Part shown: in pieces, positions 47,677-60,539 of the stretch
Position numbering within the stretch: the stretch's first letter is position 1
Layout of the letters: the number at the start of each line of letters is the position of its first letter
Assembly: GCA_048013815.1 (NCBI GenBank)
Contig: CM106585.1
Span: 14,570,001 to 14,634,000, forward strand
Length of the DNA: 64,000 nucleotides
Source: Setoptus koraiensis
Lineage: Eukaryota; Animalia; Arthropoda
Direction: 5' to 3'
The notes under the pieces: model-generated
The model's input: the letters and a program-made list of their open reading frames with translations, nothing else
What the model was told of the DNA's origin: nothing
The model's database searches: none
Made by a program: the position numbers and the translations under genes

Positions 47677-49017
47677 ATGGGTAGGAAAAAGAAGAAGCCC
47701 TTCAAGCCATGGTGCTGGTACTGCAATAGAGAATTTGATGATGAGAAGATTCTTTTACAACATCAGAGGGCCAAGCATTTCAAATGTCCTATATGTCACA
47801 AAAAACTCTACACGGGACCTGGACTGACTATTCATTGCATGCAAGTTCACAAAGAAACATTGGACAAGATTCCCGAAGCTCTACCGAATAGAAATGCCGT
47901 GGATATGGATATTTACGGTATGGAAGGAATACCGGAGGACGACCTGAGAGAGCACGAACGTCAAAAACGTGGCGACGACCACCAAGGCTCTTCTAAGAGT
48001 GAGGCTCCTCAGCAGCAACAACAACACCAGCAGCACCAATCACAGTCGTCTAATAAGCATTTGCAGCAACAAACTAGCTTGCAATCACATGCTGCTGCCG
48101 CTATCGCAATGCATCAACAGCAAGCAGCTCTGACGGCTATGAGAATGGGTCTACCTCACGGTTATCCAATGCCCCCACCACCACCAAATATGGCAGGCAT
48201 GATGAGTCAGCCACCTCCTTTCGTCATGCCACCTAATTTTCATGGGCCACCCCCTGGTTTTACACCTGGTGTCCCACCACCTAGACTCCACGGTGCGACC
48301 ATCGCACCACCTCCTGTCCTGACTACTTCGGGTGCCACAGTAGGAGCCAGTATAGCGCCACACATGTTGAGTAGATTTCCCCCACCACCGTTCGCGAATC
48401 CAGCTAATTTCAACCAGCCGCCCCCAGGAAATAGACCTTTTATGAGTGCAGACGCTCATCAACGGCTCCCGCCGCCCATGTCGGGAGTTGGAATGCTGCT
48501 AGGTATTCCACCTTTACAATATCAAACAAATCAGCCTCCACCCCCTATTCTTGGCGTAGAACCTGTCTCAAATCCGCAACAAGCTGTGCCATCACCGCAC
48601 AGTAATCGTCCAAATCAACTTTCTGGCATGGGATCGAACCCAAAGTCATCTTCAACCACGATGCAATCAAACTCTTCATCAAATCAAAATTATCAGCCGA
48701 CTACTTCTTCTTCAACGTCCCATCAAAGTGCTCAGTCAAATCGAACGCAACCTAGTAGTAACGAAACGACGCAGACTGCTGTGATAGAGAAACCAGCCTC
48801 ATCCTCGAATGCAGCCGCTCCTGCAAGTGGTGCTCCGATCACGGCCGCCTCTCTATCTAATATAAGTGTCAACAGCAAATCTATTTTTGAATTTAGTGGA
48901 GGAATTCTAATACCTGGCACAAAATCGAGAATTATGCACCCAAATAAAGACATGTCTTTGGAGGAGCTGAGAGCTCAGCAGGGAAAATACAGACTCCTGA
49001 TGGCGAGCAACAAGTAA
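47677..49017 (+). CDS. ZNF207: BUB3-interacting and GLEBS motif-containing protein ZNF207 (BuGZ), 446 aa, intronless CDS
   Basis: [58 protein letters not shown]; Pro-rich middle; C-terminal [15 protein letters not shown]. The true start is the ATG at 47677, not the TTG at 47584. Confidence 0.95.
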   Translation: MGRKKKKPFKPWCWYCNREFDDEKILLQHQRAKHFKCPICHKKLYTGPGLTIHCMQVHKETLDKIPEALPNRNAVDMDIYGMEGIPEDDLREHERQKRGDDHQGSSKSEAPQQQQQHQQHQSQSSNKHLQQQTSLQSHAAAAIAMHQQQAALTAMRMGLPHGYPMPPPPPNMAGMMSQPPPFVMPPNFHGPPPGFTPGVPPPRLHGATIAPPPVLTTSGATVGASIAPHMLSRFPPPPFANPANFNQPPPGNRPFMSADAHQRLPPPMSGVGMLLGIPPLQYQTNQPPPPILGVEPVSNPQQAVPSPHSNRPNQLSGMGSNPKSSSTTMQSNSSSNQNYQPTTSSSTSHQSAQSNRTQPSSNETTQTAVIEKPASSSNAAAPASGAPITAASLSNISVNSKSIFEFSGGILIPGTKSRIMHPNKDMSLEELRAQQGKYRLLMASNK

Positions 49018-49436
49018 AAAAAGAAACAAACCTGAGTCGCGGCACCTTGTCAGGTTGGATTTATAATGGAACCTCAACTATTTTTGTAAGTACAAGAAAT
49101 GGGTCCATCACTATTATAATTCAGAAACGCCGGATAATCTGTATTATGACTGTTTGCAATCTTTAATCAATAACAAAACAATTAGTAGGGTATAACAAAT
49201 TATATCTCTAATACTCAATTCTTTTTTTCATTTTTACAAAACATATTACATTCATCCTAACTATACTTTGTACATTTATTACAGCTAATAGTAACAATGA
49301 GTAATGACAACAAAAACAACAACAAAAACACACATAACAAGTTGTCGTAACTTATGTGGGCGAAATCATCTAAATCATTAATCATAGTATAGACATAACA
49401 TTAGTTCATTGGGATAGAACGTTAGCTCTTGATGTG

Positions 49437-52400
49437 TCAGCCAGTTCTAATTTGATCGTTAATCCAACCAACGAATGAAGCTATCTGAACATAGACACCA
49501 GGGAGATGTGGTCTAGCACAACCCACTCCCCATGAAACAAGACCTATTAATTTGGCGATTCCATCCTCTTTAATGGTCAATGGACTACCACTATCACCTT
49601 GACAGGAATCGCGTGTCCCATCTTGATAGCCCGCACATAGCATATTGGGGTAGATGATTTCCTTTCTTTGGACATTCTTCATCCAAGACTGGCATGTGTC
49701 GCGATCTAATACTTGGACATCTACTTTTTGTAACACTCCGGGAGCGGTTGGAACACCATACTAACAGTAGTCCATAAGAGTGAGTTGTTTCATATCATCA
49801 TCGATGTCCCCCAGTTAGATTATTACATTTTGTGTTGTATATACAAATTGGTATCCAGACAAGTCCAAATTCATTTTCACAATGATAATGGTTCAGGTCA
49901 CATTGAATGGTAAGAGATCAAGATTTAAAAGAATGAAAAATGATGAAAGTTGATCAGTATTCAAATTTAAAGTTAAGTAAGACGATAACAACAGAAAATA
50001 AGTATTCCAGTTCAATATTCTTGTAATATAACTATATAAATACTACTACTGAATTGCTCATTATTGCTACAAGTAAGTAAAGTGAAACTGGTAAATATCC
50101 TCCTTCTATATACATCCTTCTGTATGTACACATACACTACGAACAAATACAAACAACTAGGTGAAATCAATTCAATTTCGTCATTTGTACCAAATAATTG
50201 ATTTCACTCACCTGTGTGCGACCCCAACCCGTGACTGTGGCCAATTTGCCGGTAAAGTTATCACCTCTAGCTGGTAAGCAAACTGGGATTATATGTTGTC
50301 TATAGGAAACTTCTTCACTGAGCTCTAACAGAGCGATATCATTTTGGTATGTAGCTGGATTGTAGTATTCATTCACAATTTTTCTTCTGACTCCAAATTC
50401 TTCATGAGGATACAATTCAGTTTGTCCTTTCAGATTATAGTCGCCAAGTCGGACTCTTAAATGAGTTGCTGGTGTTCTGTGATCAAAAAATAGAGTAGTA
50501 ATTGATATCCCAAGATTAGTTGTTGAGTTTTAAGGTGAAATTCTGTTGGGCGGTAGAAGACTAATTACTCACCTGTAGACGCAATGAGCGGCAGTGACTA
50601 TCCATCTTCTGTTGATCAATGCACCACCGCAAGATATCTTTTGGGTTGCGAATACCTGCCTCTTTATAACAGCGGCCTGCCAAGGCACCTGACCGTATTT
50701 TGCGTTCTCGCCTCCGACAATCTTTGAAGTTCTCATATAAGTTTTACCGCATTCTATTTAGGGAGATCCGTGACAGAGACAGAGAGATATATGTTGCTTA
50801 TAAGTATGTGTATATGAATCAAGTTAGTTTAGCAAGCTATCGATCAGTCAACGTGCACTTAGAATGGATAGAAATCACACTTGGAAGCAATCATCCAACT
50901 CTAGCGAGTGACACTTACCTGCATCCTCAACAGCTCCAGCTTGACTTCTTTTGACTTCCCTGGGAATGCAACAACTCCATAAGATCCCTCCGCTGCAGAG
51001 ATCTGTGTATGATTTTGTATGTAGAGGTAAGTTGAATGTGATCAGTATCATATAAGTTTGGAGCATTGAATGAATCGTTCATTAGTTAGCAGGTCGGAAG
51101 CGCAAAAACCGCCGCTGTTCATGCATTAATTACAATGATCATCTCACATTCGATGGAGTTACGACCGGGATGAAAGCTTAACTTTTTTGTTGTTGTTCTA
51201 GTCAAATTGTTTTTTTAATTCAAGCGATCGATCAATCAGAAACTAAACGAACGGTCAAGTGGTCACGCCTTTAGAATGCCACTGATTTTACGACGACAGC
51301 ACCAGTGGTTTTCGACTTTTGCGAAAGAAGAAAATCGCTTCGAAGGGTGTCGTAAAAATTTGTTCTTAGCGGTAGTCAGACCAGTTGAGCAAATACAGTG
51401 ATCATGAGACGAATCGACATTGTCTCATGATTAAGACAGCCACCAATTGAATGTAGCCGACTATTTAACAAGGATATCAGCATATACATTTCTAATCTTC
51501 CTGTCCGCTAACTAAACAACTAATCAAGTACAATGTCCAAATAGAAAAACGTTTAATGAGGTTGACTAGATACCCTAGGGTAGTCTAATCAGTTAATTTA
51601 GTCTTCTCTTTTCGGATGATTGCTTTGGTTGGTCTCTCTGTCTCTTCAAAATGCTCATCACAGGTGTATTCATGTGGCGAGATAGAGTTGGATGTATTAG
51701 TAAACTGAGAAAAGCAGTCTGTCGACACCAGAGACGACATGGATCCACAATTTTCAAGGTCCTGCCGAAATGAATCTACTGTCAAGGTCTAAATCTAGGT
51801 GAAGTCTTGTGTGTGTGTATATTAATTGTTGTTGTTTATGAATATTGATGTAGTATAACAAGATGTGTTGAAGTCGACTACCAGTTAATAGCTACTACTA
51901 CTAGTTGCAGCTTAATATTAATTGAGTTGACATCAACAAGTAACGACAACGAAAACAATGCTGATCATGACATTGGCTTCGAAAGTAGCCCATCCTAAGA
52001 CAAAGAACTAGTCATCATGATTTTCTTGACTAGCAACAGCCTTAGACCTTTTCACTCCGTGATCATTTTCCATTAGCTGTCGACATGGTCACTAAACTAC
52101 TAACTGGCTACTGGTTACTACTGTCAACTGTGTACCGGCTCTAAATAAATTGTCGAGCTAATAATGTAGTGGCTTTGTTCATTTAGTTGTTAAGCAGCCA
52201 GTCACAACAACAACAACAAGTCAGTCAGCCGAGCCAAGGTGTGTCCCGTTTCATAAACTGTGTCGCCAATTTTCGAGGAATCAACTGCTGTCAGTTACCT
52301 GTAGTCGTGTTACATTGAGATGTTTCAACGATCATTCGCTTGAGTGAATGGTTCAATTATTTCACTCTATTTCATATATCATCATCATTGGTCGTTGGTA

Positions 52401-55400
52401 AGAGGCTTATAAAAGAGTAGTCACCACTGCTACTTGACTTGAAAATACAGTTGCTTTCCCCGATCTTATAACCTTGGATTTCGAATGTTCTGCGATAGTG
52501 ATATACGAATATCGAGATGATTTCACTTTGGCTGTTTCAATCACCGTACCAACGAGAAAAGTTGTAACTGAGAAGAGAAAAAAACGACTGTTTTTTCCAT
52601 TGATCGGACCGTAGTCGCCACTTCGGGCCAGCTCAATTCCGATTTGATCATCTCTGTTACTGATCGGGAATTGTTGTGAGACAATCTATCTGATGGGGCG
52701 CTTTATCTCGTGCTATATTTAATCTAACTCATAATCAAAGATATGATTCGGGTACAAAAATCTGGATGGAATTCTTCTCTAATTAGTGCTGCCGGTGTGA
52801 GGTGTTGCAAAAAGCAACCAAGGTCGCGAAATGGAAATTCTAAGGGCGTTGTTTTTCTCATTTCGGCCAACATAAACGGCATCTTTTCTATTGAGTCTAT
52901 GCATACGATTGTTGTTGTAAGTATGTGACTTTTTTCTTTTTCTACTATTCAAGTTCAGATAAACAGATATTGGACAGTTAGAAAAAGGACACAATTACAT
53001 TCTGATTGTAGTGAGAGAGAGAGAGAGTGCAAATATTTTTCTTTGAGGAATAAATGTTTTCTCATGTATTCACAACTATTACTATCAACATGATTTTTCT
53101 ACAAAAGAAAATTGTCTTTTGTCGATAGGACAATATGCTCTCAACAACAATCACTTCTATTCTACTGAGGATCTGCTTTTCTTTTTTCTTCTTCAGAAAA
53201 AGAAGCAACAACAGCAAAGAACATGTCCCTCACCATGGTCGCTATCTTTACAATTGTTGACTTCCTTTCACGAGTAGGAAAGAAAGAGAGAAACATCCCA
53301 TCCAGTGATGTAACAAAACAATGATCTACATACAACATCGAGTCTACACAATGTCCTAAAAATCTAGTTTTTTTAAGCCATTTCCCAATGGCCTACGCAC
53401 AAGTATCTTTATACTATTATCACTCCTCTTTGTAGCTGTCTTCTCTCTTCAAATAGACAGTACTGTATTTTGGAACTGACAACTCTAACACTCTATTTAT
53501 TGTTGTAATATTGACTCGACAATCCCTGTAGATAATTTAGCCATCTATATATTCAATAAAGCGCTGCTAAACTAAATTAACCTATTTGCATATCGAATGA
53601 CATAATAATGAAAATCATCAAAATGATTCAATGCCATCATTTTCATCAGTCATACGCACAATGTATAACAACTTGTTGTGTCAAAGTTCAATTGTTGAAT
53701 CAAGTCATTGTTAAACGATATGTATAAAATAAAACTAACATCAGCCTCAGATCATACAGCATGAGCCGTAATGCAATTGAATTGTTGTTGCATTGTCTTG
53801 TTTCTTTAGGGTATCGATGATGAAAGGTTTCGAACTCTCTCCCTGCTTCTCCTTTCATACTACTATATCTCTTGGAGGATCCAAAGTTGCTCACTGTGCA
53901 CCCAATGGACCAAACGACGCTCTTTCTAACTGGCATAAAATTCTTGTCGCATATGGGATCGACTTATAACTCTCGCTGTAGAAAAATGCATATGAAGATG
54001 CAACTTTTCGATGATAGTGAATGCCTCAGGGTCAATCACTGGTTGTTTGTCCTTGATGCTGATAGTTTCACAAGACAATCGCCCATTGTGTTTGTACTCT
54101 CTTGACCACTAATCATGAGTGTGAGCTCATGGTTGTTGGGTGCGAATGTCAGTAGTTGGTTGATTAGTGGTGGCTATCGCTAACGGAGAAAATTGGTTGG
54201 ACGCACCGAGTCGCAAAACGACCAGCTCGCTGACATGCTATCGACATTGGTCAAGATTCAGTTTCGTCTATGTTGTTGTGATAAATCAACTTAATGTGAG
54301 TAGAAGCAATAAAATGAATGAACCTCTTTCACGCTTACAAGAAGAATATTTCATTTACATCGCACTAGGATAACTATTTAGTGGAACCAATAATTATTTT
54401 TTGTGCTTCTGTTTTCAGCACATCATTACGATATCATTGATGATACTACTACCCAAATGCTAACCACACCATAAACACAGACTGACCAACATCAGCAACA
54501 ACAAACTAATTGTTGTACTTTAGACTATCCGATAATAGCTTTCTGAAAGTTATGAATAAATGACTAAAGGTTAGCAATTTTATCAGGTGGGCGGCAGCGG
54601 CTGCTGGTAACTTTCATTAGTGATTTGCTATTGAGCATGTTATTGGCAGAAAATCACGATATATTTGGCTAAATGATTGTCGATAGAAAACGGCAAGCAT
54701 TAATAGTCTACTGGTATGTGTGTGTGTTGGCGTTGATTGGAATGAATATTTCCACAGTTACGCAATGAGCATTCGCATTCTCATGAACGAGGATAAGGCA
54801 AATGATATGCAATGAATGCATGTTTGTTTAGTCTATGTATGCGCCGTTATTATTGTCTTGACCTATCTACCTCAAAAGTTATGTGTAACCAACTGAGCTG
54901 ACACCCACTTATTAAAAATAAAGATTCAAATCGATCCGATTCGATTAATGCTTTTGACGTCACTTACCTCGAGGCTGATGACCTTGTAACCAACATCTGA
55001 AACCAAAGCCACATTCATATCTCTGTCCCTCCCAACTGCATTCCTGCTGTACGGCTGTTTATAACGGTAGATATATACATACATATATATATATTTGTAT
55101 GTTTATTAGTAGAGAGTAGAATAAAATTAGCACAAAGTGAGGAACGGTTAGTTAGGTGGTGAGAATAATGAGCGGTCATGTATGCATATGTATGCAACTG
55201 TAAATGAGTAAACGAGTTATTAAGACATGGAGCTTGTGCAACAAGTGCATTGTTTTATTGCTTGATAATATGATCAAATCAATAAAGGGTGAATTCAATT
55301 TCGACTTGGTAAGCTGTGTATTCTCAAAGTACAGTTAGTAGTTAACAAGTATTCGACAATGTACGAACGAAAGATTTAGCCCAATAATTATTGTGTTTCA

Positions 55401-58400
55401 ATTGCTCTCCCTCGCCTATTTCTAACCGCTAACATCAATTGTGTAAATGTGAAAGCGGCAAAGATTGACCAGCAAGAGAGCTTAAAATAAGGGAGATTTG
55501 CATCTCATATAAACACATAAGAAGTTTCTTACGAGATGGCAACACAACACTTGAGCAGGTGAATTAACAACAATCGATGCAGTCAACAGGGCAATGGGCT
55601 GTCATTGTGTTCTCATGATCGGTTCTATGATAAGATGAAAGTAATGATTGCTGCATACGACGGCTGATCAGCACACAAAACAACAACAAATCGAAAAGGA
55701 TAGGCAAACGGGAAATTGAGAGAAATAAAATTATTCATAGAGAGCATCGGAGAGAGAGAGGCTACCCAGAAATAATGGTTTATGGTGAGCAACACAATGG
55801 CACAATGGCAAACAATTCTAGCCTATGGACAGTGCATACTATTCTTATACGCTGACTCGGTTCTCTCACCTGGAATCACCACTCGCCAACTGAAATCATT
55901 TGGAACATCGACAACATAGAACATCGTCGGCCAGTTCGAATGGATTGAATTCCATCGAACATGCAAATTAGACATCATCACATGTAAACTTGTCGTCGTT
56001 GTTGTTGTTGTTGTTGTTTGTGGTGGTGGTGGTGGTGGTGGTGATGGTGCAATAGTCGTTTGGCAGGGAAATGGTGTCTGTCTCGATTTAGATCGACCAG
56101 GATGCTGCTGTTGCTCACTCAGCACGACCAGCACAATACAAACAAGTGATAATCTAGCCAGCGAAGCGGCACCTTTGCTCATTTAATGCTAGCGACTGAC
56201 TGACTGACTGACTGACAGTTGCAAAGTTGTTGCTCACTGACTTTCTTGTCTACTAATGACTAAATCAAGTAAGTGAATGTTAGCCATGAAACAGCCCGAA
56301 GATGTTATGTAATGTTGTGTTATGTTATTGAATAACAACGAATACCTACTAGGTTAGATAGCACAACAACACGCTTAGTGTGGCTTGGCACGATTCAGGC
56401 ACCGAATCATCGTGGGCACGAAACTCACACATGTAGAGAAAGGCACGATGTTTCTCTATTTATCACTTAAACATTTACTTGTTTATCTTAAAATCATCAG
56501 AGCAAGTATCGCCAGGGCTGTTGTTAAAACTGGATGGTGCACACAAGCAACGGCACCATTATCAGCAGCGGCTGCACCCAATACAATCTTGAGCCTTTGT
56601 GTCTTGGCAACGATAATAAAGATTGATTTATTTCGATCTCTGATTTCAGATTATTTAGCTCCGGCTTCTAAAAGCTCCGAAGATATCGGAACGAAGCGCG
56701 CATGATTTGGACTGGTGAGCGACCCGTTTATTTTGTTCATTGTAACTGATACCAGCCAATGCGTGCATCAACGAAATTCCGTTAGATATTCTCTTGTTAC
56801 AACGATCCAGACAGGTATGCAGATATACAGAAGTAGCAATTATTAGCGAACTGCTTTCTTGCTATTTGTCCGCATGACATTTCTAATGGGCATCGAGTGT
56901 ATCTGGTTTTATTCTGGCATGACTCATCGTGATAATCGTGATCATAATGAAAGTTTTTGCAAGCATGAATTATGCTCACCGACATGTTATATTTGCTGGC
57001 ATAGACATAAATCATTGGTATTTTTGATGTGCTAATTATACCAGGCAAACTGATCAATTGGGTGCCTTGTGGCAGTAAATTATCTGTTACAAGCGAGCGC
57101 GCGCCAGATATTGAGAGAGAGAGAGAGAAAAAAAAACTGACGAGAATAGAGAAATATGAGCAGGGATTACTTACAGAGCATGTAACTGGCCAAATTAAGT
57201 ATACCAGCCACAGTAGGTGAGAATTGTTTAGACGTATGAGGTTTTGACGATGATGACGGTGAGGATTGAGTTGGGGATGATGAAAGCGCTGACGTTAATG
57301 ATGGCTGAGAGGCTAATGTTAAAAATGACGGTATCGATGATGAGCCCGATGAGATTGTTGAATCCGACGCGGATCCGGAGGACGATGACGATTGTGACGA
57401 CGAGGACGGAAAGGTTATTGAATAGATTAACGGACTTAATTTATTTGGCCATGACGAAGAAGAGCTTGACATGTTTAATAGATGAGAAGCGGTCGCTGTT
57501 AATATGCTGTGCGCTATGGATGAGGCCAATGATGGCTGTTCTCCATTGCTTGGTGAGCCACTAGGAGATGAAGGTGACGAGATCTGATTTGATGATGATG
57601 ATGACGACGAAGACGCCACATTAGCGGAGGTTTGTGATGCCGAGCGTCCGATCGATTTGGAAGCAGCAGCCGACACTAATCGGATAGCTATTGACTCTAA
57701 CGATGGCGCTAAAGCAATGGCCGCCGCTGTGGCAGCTGATGGTAGGTGCGATTTGAGGCGCGACGACGAGGCTGATGGGGCCAATTTGTTGTTACCATCA
57801 GAGTTAGTTGCAGCCAATGGCAACGATATTGTGCCTGGCGATAGAAGGAGTGAGCGCTGGTTAGGTGGTAGTATAGTGGGCGCCTTTGTGGTCGCTGGTG
57901 TATCAGGTAAAACAACAGCACCACTATCGACTAGTGTGGAGGGCTTCTGTTGTTGTTTTTGCTGAGAGTCACTGTTGAGTTCGTTTGAATTAGTGCTGGA
58001 ATCAGTTATAAGACGATGTTTGCGTCTTCTCGTGATATCCTCGTCATCATTTATTATCTCGTCCTCCTCGTGTTCTCTAGATGATACGCGCTGCTGAATA
58101 GATGGCCTCTTTGTCGTGGTCGTCGTTGTTGTTGTTGTTGATGTCTTTGCTGTTGCAATTGGCCGTGTCTTGATTGGTGTGATTTCATCGTTGAAACCGC
58201 TCTTTTCACTTCCTCTCGAAGGCGGCCTCAATGTTGGCTCATATTTTTTAAATATAAGACTATTCTTGTTTGCAAGCGTCGATAGTGTTGATGAGTATTT
58301 TGGTACAAGAGATGAGGATGCTCCTGAGGCTAGCAATTTAATAGTATTGGCCGTGCGAGATTTAATAAATTTCGATATCTTATTACTATAGGGCGATATT

Positions 58401-59473
58401 AGGTGATAAGTGGCCGAATTGAAAAAGGAAGATGTTGGTGATTTTGAGGTAACTATTAACACATTCGGTTTTAATAACAATAATAACAATCTGTCTGTTC
58501 TGGTGACATCGCTTAATGCTGGCGGTGCTATTGGTGAAGATAACATTAGTGCAGTGGTAGCGATAGCGGTCATGACTAGTATTCGATAATTAATGGCTAA
58601 CATTCTTGTAGTCAGCCAGTTTAGCTGACTGCTATGTATTTGTAATGATAGTTAGACAATCAGTAGTGTTTGTTATGATTCGATTTCTTACGCAACTATT
58701 CTCAAGTTTTACTACTATCCAGTAGCCCTTATGTTCTTTCTATTCTATGCCTATTGTTGCTGACCAATTATATTTCTGTCTGTCTATATATCTGACACGC
58801 AACTACTGAGAGTAATAGAATATATCAATGCGATAATAAGTGCTTGCTTATATCGTAAAGCGTTTCGATCTGAATTATACGGAGGAAGTAAGACGACTTT
58901 CAACATGTGTGCGTGTATTTGTGGCAAAATTTGATAATTGAATAATCTCTTTGACGCAGAAGAGAGTCTATTTTTAGTTGCCACAATCAGATTAATTATC
59001 ACAGATGAGTTTGAAATAAAAAAGAAAATATAATGGAGTAACAAGTTGATAATTTTCTACTAAGTGAATTACTTTTGATTTGCTTGGTGTTCAGGCGAAA
59101 CCAAAAGAAAGTGAATTGATTTCTCGGTGATGAAGCTTTTGTTGCGTTGATTAAGATAGTGCTGATGATAATTATGATTAATGGCGAGATTATTGATCGT
59201 ATGTTGCTGATGGCTCGAATTTGTATTTTGCCTCATATCACATGGATTTAAAATAATAATAAGAGATTTCACTATACTGTTGATGTCGACTTGAAGTTGA
59301 TTTTGATTGATTGTTGTTCCTTTGAGCTTTTCTTTACTGGAATTATAATTGCTATTATTCTCATTACTACTATTGCAACTACTATTATTCAATATAGTAT
59401 TTGTTTGGATGCTATAAGAAGATACCTGTCTACGTTTGGGGTACAATGGTATAGGCATAAGCCTCATTTTCAT
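49437..59473 (-). CDS. Stubble-like trypsin-family serine protease with S/T-rich stalk and disulfide-knot domain; exons 59073..59473, 57175..58631, 56980..56995, 55870..55889, 54968..55054, 50919..51002, 50573..50753, 50212..50476, 49437..49760 (944 aa)
   Basis: Intact triad TAAHC / NDIALL / GDSGSP, activation site K|IVGG, S1 Asp (RDSC). Knot [36 protein letters not shown]. All 8 introns are GT-AG and phase-compatible (2835 bp). The five 3' exons are high confidence; the 5' exons and microexons are less certain. Confidence 0.82.
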
Positions 59474-60500
59474 TAAGCACTATTCTCTGTGTATGCTGCT
59501 AATGTGATTACGTAACGATTTTCGAGAATAGAAGTAACTAGTTGAAAGTGATTCGACAATTCAACTATCACAATTGATGATGATGTCCGATGGTGAGCTA
59601 AGCGCATAACGGTACTATGGAGATAAAGAAAGAGAGTAAGGGTAGTTGCATCTACTTTGTTACTTTCTTCTTCCTATGATATCGTCGTATAATGTCCTTT
59701 GCAAAACTATCTATCTTATGTTGAATGATAGCGAACCGGTGATCCAATTTTCAACTTTTTCAATCAATTAAATTACTACTTGAAACAATTTTTTCTCTCT
59801 TTCCTTTTCTTTTTTCTTCTATTCATTTATGTGTCGCTATATTTATCATCATGATGCTGAGATCAATAATAGTAATAACTATATTATTGGTTCAGTTGCC
59901 AATGTGTGGTAGCGGCAGAGCTACGATGATTTGTCGATTCTTTAAATGTGAGAATATTCTCTGTAATAATCTCATTGTTTCCTACATACTGCAACTGATT
60001 TGTCGCCTTTTTAATCGGTCAGATTGATTTTCATATGATATGTATATATATATATACATATATATGTTGTCTGTTCAATTCTGATGGTTTCGGTTTGGCT
60101 TGGTTTGGCTTCGACCGGCCAAAGGTTGATCTGTCGAACCTGACAGCTTTTGCTGCGACTAAAAACTATAATTGCGTAGTTGGTCTGTCGAATCTGTCAT
60201 CTATAGCTTGTCATAAGCCTTTTGTATGGAGGTGGTCGCTGGGGAAGTTTGTTGGTGGTAAGATTCGCTTTTTTTCTTTTTTTCTTCTTTTGAGTATTGG
60301 GAAGAAATTTCCCAAGACTGTGTGTGCAGTAAAAATGTATAGAAAGAAAAGAAAAATTCCAATGCTATTGTTGATGTATCATTTCTTTGTTTGTTTGATG
60401 CTCAATATTTGAATTTAGTATCAGCAACGGCGACAGCCGCAATGGGGATCAATGTAGTTAAATTTAGTGTAGTCTTATGCGGTGTTGCCGATACCACTGC

Positions 60501-60539
<39 letters not shown>

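Noticed and set aside
51003-54967. Nested genes in the 4-kb protease intron
   Set aside because: Only short ORFs without ATG/splice support or recognisable domains; a TATA-like element near 52406 is not enough.
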